From assembly GCA_963693365.1 (NCBI GenBank), contig CAVNZM010000003.1, positions 7,621,312 through 7,685,311 of the forward strand: a DNA stretch of 64,000 nucleotides, given 5' to 3'. Numbering within the stretch: position 1 is the first letter of the stretch; each line of letters starts with the position of its first letter. Below, piece by piece: positions 17,897 through 64,000 of this stretch. The stretch comes from Amoebidium appalachense. Taxonomy: Eukaryota; Protista; Ichthyosporea. The translations under genes were made by a program, and so were the position numbers. The notes below the pieces were generated by a model. It saw only the letters and a program-made list of their open reading frames with translations. It had not been told where the DNA came from and searched no databases.

Positions 17897-18687
17897 TAAT
17901 AGAGGCCAACCCAATATATATGTGCACGATGTTCGTCACTATATAGTTTATAGTGACCCTAGAATATTATTATTAGCTTTGGGTTTGCTGAATATAGTAG
18001 GCTACATGTCCATTCCATCTAACTTATAATCCTATGTGAACTTTCACTGTGAATTGTTTGCCCTTAGAGCTTCATAGTGTGAGGCATATGCATTTGCACA
18101 CTAAGGCATATATGCCCGGAATTTCTCAGTATAGTACGACTATAGAAAAAGCAAAAGCCCCATACTCAGCATTTTTTTTAGTTTATGAAGACTTTTTTTT
18201 ATAATATGCTGATCTTTTGCTGAAGTAGACTCTGAGAATATCTGACGTAATATCCGTATGTACCTAATAGCCTGATCATTGACGTCGACAAGCAGTCAAG
18301 TTGAACAGAATATGTAAAACACTGAAACATATCGATAACTGACGGCTCAATAACATAACAAAACAGCCTTTTGATACCCTCAATGCATGGAATATCTGCA
18401 GTGTACGTGAGAGCAGCGTGTGGCTGTGAATGTGTGTGCATACGTCCGTACATTGACCGCGTGTATAGGTGATGGGGTGAGCGTGTTACACATGTGCATG
18501 CCGCTTACATTTGTTGGCTAGCTGTGCACGTCCGAGCGAGTCAATGAGAGATGTCGTGATGTGCTTCATTATTTACGACACCAAAAACATTAACGCTAAG
18601 TGATAACCAAAATGCGTGAAGCAAATCGGCTGCCTTTTCAATGATTTGGGTTGCTAACACATGCCAACGTTGCTTGGGAATGGGGGA

Positions 18688-18738
<51 letters not shown>

Positions 18739-19550
18739 CTGGGGACCGTGCGCGAGCGCGTCGGGAGTGTGCATGGCTCTCTCTGAATGTGTGTTGTGTT
18801 TGTGCATGCGTGCGTGTGTGTGTGTGTGTGCGTGTGTTGGTGCTTGTGTGTGCGCGCATGTGTTTGTGTGTGTACGAGTGTCACCGTATACGAGTGTCAC
18901 CGTACGTGCGATTGTGTGAGTGCGTGACGGTATGCGTGCGTGTTTTCTGGGGGTGCTCTGTGATGTATAGATTGGGGTGCCCACTGATCGACGACTCTAT
19001 GATTTCTATGTCTCTTATTGACAGTAGCCAACAACATGTACAGTTTCTGTCGCATACGTTTTGCTGCAATAATTTACCACAGCCATTGGATACAATGTCA
19101 TCAGCGTTAGCAGCCACCACCCAATACTTTATGCTCTAAGTTAGTCATTCACAAGCACTAGATCCTCGACTCAACCCATCATATCATGCCTTTTTTTGAT
19201 TATATACTATTTATTCCTACCTTTTTTAGTTGTTTGAATACCTTATTGTCCGACATTAGCACTCATGTTTCTACTATATCAATCATACTACGGTGGTAAC
19301 AGGGGCAACCAGAGGAACTGTGCACCACATGAATGCACCGACAACTCAGACAGTTAGCTCGAATCACTACACTACTTTAAAGCACACTTAAAAGATTATT
19401 TATGATTACCCTATCCACATTCACTACTGTCTCCATATCACAAGTCACATCACAATCTGCATCGCTATCAGGTAAGATTTAAGGGGTTATGGTTATTCAC
19501 CCAAACACAGACCGTCAATACCATAGTGTAACCTACAATTTCAATCACAA

Positions 19551-26664
<7,114 letters not shown>

Positions 26665-27379
26665 GTCCTAGTTCAAATGGTTCGTTTCGATCGTTTGAAA
26701 TGCGTTGAGATGCATCGACAACGACAACTTTAACAAATAAAAAAAAAAGAAAAAATTCATTAGCATGAAGCTTGCGTTAGAAGACTTTGTTTCAAAGCTG
26801 AACTAGTTTTTTGGTCACTTGTTGTTCTACAAGACCAATGCTTGCTGGGTCAATACCAATGGTGTGAGGACAAGTATATATAATATTATCTCGTCCCTTC
26901 ACTTCCAGGACAGGTGGAAGGGTAACACAGAGCAATAACAGCTTTGGTGATATGTCATGAACTAATCCTGTAACCACTCTAACTTAACAAAGAAATATCT
27001 CATCGTCAGCATCACCAAAAGGTATAACAACGAAGCCAGCAGAATGTGAAAGAAAGGGCCGATCACGTAATTCCACACAAAACTCCACGTCTTGAAGCTC
27101 TGTCTCCCCTATCCTACTAGCTATTTATTCCTATACAGACCCTACTGTAACAGTATATAAAAATGAAAAAATAACTTCATTGACTAAGCAATGAATGGCG
27201 TGTTCATGTTCCCTTTGTCGAAACTTCGCCGTCAGACCCCTCTGATGAACTTCGTGGCGACATCCGCTGGTTTGACCCGCCAGGCTGAGCGAATTCCAAG
27301 GAATTGAGCATAGCAGGCGTGTTAGCGAAGTTGCCTTTTTAGGCTAACTGCAGTGATTTTAACCGTTTTTGGCATTTTG

Positions 27380-27545
27380 CGCGAATATGATTGGTTGCTT
27401 TTCGTGAGCCAAGCACATTCCTGAGAGATCCCGTGTGATAAGGTTGAACCCAATCATTGGGTTTCTTGCGGTACGTTATTATCCAATCACATCTAAGAAA
27501 AGTTCCTATTGGTTGAATATGTATTAGGTTTATTGCTTCCCGGTG
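27380..27545. promoter_or_regulatory. CCAAT-box cluster upstream of DCAF12 (possible bidirectional promoter)
   Basis: Five CCAAT/ATTGG motifs in about 125 bp (~27389, 27450, 27456, 27484, 27508) in a homopolymer-free region about 0.7-0.9 kb upstream of the DCAF12 ATG. Confidence 0.45.
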
Positions 27546-27912
27546 TCGTATTTCAGACGGCTCATCCTCTAGTCTCCAAGGCTATGTAGTATGTACTGGC
27601 TGGCTTAGCCCACCGCTTATGATAGTTCAGAGCCCGTGTAAGCGTGCAAGAGCTCGTTAGTAGAATCTTTGGAGGGAAAGAGGTAACAGAAAATACAAAA
27701 ACATGAGCTGAGAGGGTGTTCGGGTGAAGCATAGAAAATATGGAAACAAGGAAGAGCTTAGGCCACACTTCTACGCCCTGTACGCTTTATGCTTTTAATT
27801 TGCATGCTCCTGGAACGTCAATACAAGCCTCCGTTTTTTCCCTGAGTTTTTGATCGCGGTCGAATACGCTGCTACAGTTGTCAACGAGGAACTATGATAG
27901 CCCTTTGGAAAC

Positions 27913-29824
27913 ATGAGAGATCGGTAAGGCTTTTCACAAATTTTTCGGCCTAGGTGCATGCGGATGCTCATTTAGGACGAGAACATCGAGCCTGTGCTGA
28001 CGCTTGTGGCCGTGCTTAGAACCATTTTCTTATTTATATTTCACGACTATTGTGCTTGTAGCATACATGACCTCATCCTTTTCACTGACACACAAACACA
28101 CACAGGCAGTCTCCCCCCTCCCCCCCCCCCCCCCCCCCCCCACCACCACACACACACACAAATACACGTGCACACACACACAACTACCACTGCTGCCGTC
28201 CCAGTACCCCTTCCCCTCCCCCCCCCCTCCCCCCACCCCCCGTGCCACCCCCCCCCCCCCCCCCCCCCCCCCCCCCACCCCCCTTTTAAATTACAACCAC
28301 CACCACCGGACACACACACACACACTATTAACACACACAAATGCCACCAACTACTGCTGCCCCCGCCCTACCACTACGCTGCTGTGTTGTAAATTTAAAC
28401 TTGGTTTCCAAAATCTGGCTGTCCCTCAGGTGTTTACTTGAGCGCATCAGCACATCAGCACACAGACGGAGGCAGGCCATCCATGCAAGTTGCTTGGATG
28501 GCTTACTTCGATGGCCTCTCAGCAACGCTAGCCAGAGGCAAAGTAAATGAACCTCCTCTTCCTCTGTCCCCACCCCATACACACACACACATACGTTTCC
28601 CCCCCCCCTCATTCACGCCCCAAACGCTTCAGTTCTTAACCATTATAAGCTTAGGAGATGCACATAAACCGTTGACACACTTTGCAACCCCTAACCATCA
28701 ACCCACCCTTTCCCCACCATTCTTCCCCTTTTGACCCCCTTACCACCCGCCCGTTCACCCGCCCCACACTCACATCCCAAGCTACTTCCCCTCCCGACCA
28801 CATATTCCACCTTCCAAAGTATTACTCCTTTGGTCCACCTACCCCATGCTCTCAACCACCATGCGATTCCCACACCCTCCCACCCATTTCCCCACCAATT
28901 TTCAAACACCCCCCCCCCCCCCCTCCGGCCCCCCACCCACCCACCCACCCACCCACCATCGAAACACCCTCCTGCCCCTTCCCCCCCCCCCTCCCCCCCG
29001 CCACAGACACACACACACACACACCCTCTCACACACATACACACACGCACAAACACACACACACACACACACACATGCACACACCCCTCCACCCTCCACT
29101 CAACCATCCACCTACCCATCAACCCGGTCCCTCCACCACCCACCCACCCGTTCTCCCATTCAAGTCTACCCCCCCCCCCCCCCCCCCCCCCCCCTCTCCC
29201 CTTCCCCCCCCCCCCCCCACCCATCTGCCCACCTAGCCACCCGTTCCCACAACCACCTACACACGCAATCCCCCACCCCATGTTGTACCCCCACGTGCAC
29301 GGGGTGGATTGGTCGAAACTCCGGGCGTACTGTGTGTGACTTGGGCCCTTCCTGAGGATGGGCTCTGCTTATATTAGTTTAGATACTCTTTCTGTGTGGT
29401 TTCCAATCTACATTGTGTTATCGGTTGTGAATGTGTACTTCTTACTCTGTAACACAATAGAATCCCCATCCACCCACACAATATCCCACCCCGTTTCAAA
29501 CCCCCCTCCCCCCCCCCCCCTCCCCCCTCCCCATCCATCCACCGACCTACACACGGGTGTCCCATTTTCCCACCCATTCTTCCCCACCACCACCCCCACC
29601 CCATTCCATCCCGGTTTCCTTTTCCGGACCGGCCCCTCCCCCTGCCCCCCTCCCCCCCCCCCCAAAACACACACACCCCACACCCCCACCCACCCACCCA
29701 TCGAGACACTCTTCTGTCCCCCCTTCCCCCACCCCACCCACCCACCTACCCACCAGCCCGTTCCCCCAACCACCAACCTACCCGAAACCCCCCTCCCCCT
29801 CCCCATATTCTCTACCCCCCCCAT

Positions 29825-29864
<40 letters not shown>

Positions 29865-30392
29865 CGAGGACGTTCTTCTATCCCTCCCCCCCCCCCCAAA
29901 AAAGAACAAAAAAAAAACAAACAACACACACACACACCACCACCACCTAACTTCCACAGCTACCCACCAAACCGCTCCCCAACCCAACCACCCAACCATG
30001 AGTCCCTACCCAATCTTTCACGCCCATCCCCCCCCCCCCCCTACTTCTTTGCTATAAAGCCCGTGATAACTATGAACACCCCCCCCCCCCCCCCCTCCAA
30101 CACACAAACACACACACACGACACGCACCCCGCTCATTTAACGAAACACTCTTCTAACACTCTCCCTCCCCCCCCCCCCCCCCCTCCCCCTCTTCCCCCC
30201 ACACCCACCCATGTGAACACTCTTCTATCCCCTACTGCCTCCATCCACCCCCTCACCTACCCACCAACCCGATCCCCAACCACCCACACCCCATCCACCC
30301 ACCCGCCCACACCTACCCACCCACCCACACGCACGCACACACACACACATACCCACACACACACACACGCGCACACACACGCTGGGACGCAC

Positions 30393-30426
<34 letters not shown>

Positions 30427-31341
30427 TGTTGCACACGAGCGCGCACACACACGCACACAGGTGCATGCACACACGCATGCTTACACACAAAAACATATGC
30501 ACACACACCTGCCCCTACAAAGCACGCACCTTCCTCCAGATAACTAAATGGGGTATTTGATGTGCTGCAGGACCAACGCACAATCAACTAGCAACAACAC
30601 ATGGTCTCCAGCCAGGTCACAACGAGTTCTTGCCCGGACAGCATGCATGTATGCAACCGTAGGAAGGTATCGTATTGTAGATATATGTAAGCAAGCAAAT
30701 GTCTTTGCATATTTGTAGATAGATATAGTTGTATCAAGTAAGGGAATGGGTGCGCTCTGTGTGACTAGGTCGTTACAGTGTATAGCATGAATGAATTGGT
30801 CGAGGATAAGCCCAGAGCCATTGCTCACACAAGGCGGGCTAATGATATTGGCAGCCATTTAATAGGCAAAGATGTTTCACGAGCAATTGCTTGGCATCGA
30901 TTTTGTAACATTTTGTAAATAAGCCATTTGGATGGTGCTGTTAGCGGGAAACGGATAAATCATGATATAGCCTGGTGCGTGCGCATACAAGAGAAATGAG
31001 AGATCCATGCTGGCATGCGCTGCCCCCCCCCCCCCCCCCCCCCCTAGGGTTCCCCCCTCCACACAGACCGTGTGCTGTGTGACCGGTACCAAGATTGGTG
31101 CTTGCAACAACCCCCCCCCCCCCCCTCCCCCCTCCCCCCTCCCCCCTCCCCCCTCCCCCCTCCCGCACCTCCCGCACCTCTCTCTCCCTTCTTCGTCCAG
31201 ATCCCTCGACAGCTGCCCCGCGTGCAGAGCCGTCGACGGCCTTTCTCGCATACGTGATGATACAGCCATTGCAACGTCTTGCTGGGTGGATCGATGGAGT
31301 CTGTGTGTGTATTTGTATTTTGGTGAATGTGGTGTGTGTGT

Positions 31342-31387
<46 letters not shown>

Positions 31388-33100
31388 CGCGGGGAGGGGA
31401 GGGAAGGGGGAGGTGTTGTGTACGCTATATAGATCTGGATGGAGATTTCAGGTGTGCACATAATTTTAAGACTTTGTTTTTTATTATTGGCACAAACAAG
31501 GTCAATGTGACGCGTACGGCGAGCACTGCACTCACATCTCTGTGTTCCATCTTTCGTATCAAATATGTGTTTTGCCAGGATCTGCACGGCATCTGCTTGC
31601 ATCCCCTAAGATTCTTGGCTTGGATACACTGATCATGAAGTCAGTCAGTCACCATGTGGTTCAAGTTGTGCACTTGAGAAGTTGGAACATGTCATATGAA
31701 TAAGAAGTGGGGAGGCCGCGGAAAGGAACTTTGAATTTGCGTGGAAGCACAAGCAAGCCGCGCACAATGAAGCCAGCTGCTTATTGCGCTGTATTCGATT
31801 CTCCGACATTCAAACATGCCTAACTCCAAGTTACGTTTCCAACGTTGCTGCCTCCAGTACGTACGTAGACTGAAAAGGGCCGCCTTGTTCACTGTTGGGT
31901 ATTTTTGCTTCGCTCAGAGATCGGGACATCCAAACCCAATCATACCTCCTCCTGGTATTCGAATTCCCGCCAAAAGCCTTTCAAACCTCATTTCATATTA
32001 AGTAATTGGCGTGATTTTCAACCAACCATTGCTCGTAAAACCAGATCCGATTACGCGCGATCCAACTTTGTCTAGTGACCTGTCGCCTCAGGGAGACAGC
32101 ACTCAAAGTGACTACTCATCCTCAGAGAATAAACAATGGCCACACAAGCCGATATTTCTGTCAGTAAACTTTCGGTGTTGCCAGCCCACAGTGTGAAAAT
32201 AAACAGACAACTACACACTAGATCTCATCCTGTTACACAAACAGGGAGTCCTGCATTGTGACTACTGACGTCCACATGGGATACGGATTTCAAGCCCTGA
32301 GCACAATCCTGAGCACCGGACACTGCAAGCATGCCCCTCACACGGCCGTGCTCTGAACACAAACTCGGCCCTTGATGAAAAGGAAACTGAAGTAAATTCA
32401 AAGAGCAAGCCCCTGATAGGGGAAAAACGTTGTGATCGTTCGAAATTCTGCACCTGTGTAGCCATGGGACGTATACGCCGCATGCATACGTTCAACAATG
32501 ATTGCGTGAAAGGGATAGTAACGTTGTGAGCTAGTAGTACTTGAAGTTGGCTTCGTGATGGTGCATCACACGCTTGGCTGCTTGCATGAAGGCGAGATGC
32601 AGGGCATGCAGTGCATACAATGAGCTCTAGGGTTTATTAGTTTTTTAGCTTACTTTGAATAGTCACCGATGCCGAAAAAGTGGAAGTCAGCAAACTTTCA
32701 TCCTCTCAAATCTGTACTTAAGTTGGTTGTATTTTATGTACCACTACACCATCAACTTACGAGATGGATTTACTCGATCTAAATGTCTACTCGCTGAGAT
32801 ACAAAATCACATCAATCAATAGAATAGAACTCCAAGGTGTTCACCATATGTTTCATTCTAGATCTAACTTTGCACTATTCGTGTGTGTGAGCGCGCGTGT
32901 TTAGCTGCTTGGAATAACGTGTAGTGCAGTGCGGAGAGTGATTCGGCAGATGGCATGGGAACATGATATCACTGTCTGCCTATATGTTGCAGGTACCAAG
33001 GCTGATTACAAAGCATGTTCAAACGGCCTATCTAAACAACACAAGTGTTCAGAGAGACATGTGGGGCTTTCTGCACGACCCACTTACAAACAATAAAATA
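27913..33100 (+). other. Candidate spliced transcript of unknown function
   Basis: Exon-like islands bounded by splice signals and C/CA tracts: donor gtaagg at 27924, cctcag|...aa|gtaaat ~28430-28542, ctgcag|...|gtatgc ~30571-30648, ttgcag| at ~32992, AATAAA at ~33092. No recognisable protein. Confidence 0.25.
29311..29468 (+). repeat. Element family A, 3' part
   Basis: ggtcgaaactccgggcgtactgtgtgtgacttgggcccttcctgaggatgggctctgctta...tgtgttatc...tgtgtacttc matches the core of the other copies. Confidence 0.7.
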
Positions 33101-33374
33101 AACAATCACCACATCATCCACCTACAGTAACTGTTCAATATGGGCGTGTATGATAAAACTCAAAAAAAAAAGCAATTCCTTTCAAATTGGACAGAACTAT
33201 GCTGTCTATGAGCTTCCGTGTATGCATACATTCGCAGAGGAAAAGCGGAAGCATAAACAGTGAAGTAGGCCCTACTGTGAAAACAGGCATTTTCAGGATA
33301 ACACGGAGGTGAGGGGTGGGGAGGGAGCTGGTGGTAGTAGACACGACACTTGTTGGATTTCCATTTTGCAATGA

Positions 33375-47594
<14,220 letters not shown>

Positions 47595-48437
47595 GGTTAC
47601 CTCAGTTTACAACACGGGCCAAACAAGCCCTATCCTATGTTTGGTTGACTGTAGAGGTTCCTGTCTTGCTCTGCCGTGCACGCACACTGTCCACAGGCAC
47701 GCATACACGCGTACACGCTGTGCGTATAAAGACAACCGCTACCACACACGTCAGAACACACAAGCTTTGCAACCGCGGCCCGAAAAAGCCTTTCCGTTTC
47801 GCTGTGTTCAGCGCTGCTGAAGCGGAAAAGCCTAATAATAGCACTCGGTAGCAAGAACCCGTGACTTTAAACAAAAAACATTCTAAATATTAAACAAGCT
47901 AATTAACATGCTTCAATAAGCTAGCGTTGGCTTGTTTTTATTTTTGTCTCGCCGTCGATTACGTAAACCCGGCCTGCAGTCTGCAGGGCGCTCAACCTGA
48001 CTTCCGCAAGGAAAGCGGTCACTCTGTCAGAACTATGATACATTATATGATAATCTATAGTGTTCAAGTTGGATTTCGAAGCTTCAATTTCTCTTTCTTT
48101 TCCCTTTCTGAAGCATTTCAAATCTGAGGAAGAATCGTCTTTTACAATTTATTGAGTTAGTGTCAGGATCGCCCTAGAAGTGTTTGTACGCTATAGCGGT
48201 AAACATCGTGGCAAGAGTTAGGTGAGAAGAACATAGGAAATTCGCCACTAGGAAGAGCAAAGCATGGTGGTATGCAAACAGATAAACACATCCTGTCATT
48301 CACACATATTTCTTCTAATTGTATCTAGTCCCTCTCCCTCTTTTATTTACCCCTTTTATAGTAACATATAAGTCTTCACTTGGATAAGTTGTCGACCGGT
48401 GTGGTTGCTAGGGGGAGTATGGTCGGGGAATGCCAAT
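47595..48437. promoter_or_regulatory. Putative bidirectional promoter / 5' UTRs between UCKL1 and the SENP-like gene
   Basis: Head-to-head genes with inferred start codons about 0.85 kb apart. The region is free of long homopolymers. Both starts are tentative. Confidence 0.5.

Positions 48438-64000
<15,563 letters not shown>

Noticed and set aside
27215-27290. Hammerhead-like words (cgaaac…gtc…ctgatga) or a C/D snoRNA (tgatga…ctga)
   Set aside because: Stems I and III would be only about 2 bp and stem II cannot close (A opposite C). The C-to-D spacing of about 45 nt is too short.
32681-32694. 14-nt match tggaagtcagcaaa to the solo LTR (13440-13453)
   Set aside because: The flanks do not extend, and isolated 14-mer matches are expected by chance in 64 kb.

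Overview
Intron-rich eukaryotic genomic DNA, saturated with poly-C/poly-G, (CA)n/(GT)n and (CT)n/(GA)n tracts. The gene content looks holozoan/opisthokont-like, but the taxon cannot be fixed from this window. Almost all ORFs in the supplied track are microsatellite artefacts. Manual exon assembly with GT-AG sites and phase checking gives four real spliced genes: (1) a 5'-partial class C (GABA-B-like) 7TM receptor whose ectodomain resembles a bacterial ABC sugar-binding protein (+, to 4648); (2) a DCAF12-like WD40 protein (-, 11 exons, about 429 aa); (3) a UCKL1-like uridine kinase/UPRT fusion (-, about 15 exons) with a +1 frameshift in a G6 run at the domain junction; (4) a 3'-partial SENP6/7 (Ulp2)-like SUMO protease (+). 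The 5.4-17.2 kb intergenic stretch holds a decayed modular repeat array. Inserted in it are a solo LTR and a young, complete non-autonomous copia-type TRIM (two LTRs, PBS, PPT, 5-bp TSD). It is followed by a Cys-rich repeat gene with one in-frame TAA. The most unusual signal is a dispersed 250-290 bp element family with about 17 full or partial copies. Copies mostly abut C-rich tracts, every intronic copy is in the sense orientation of its host gene, and they show strand-specific G-U pairs and compensatory changes suggestive of a structured RNA. Many 3' splice sites lack a U-rich tract and directly follow (CA)n repeats.
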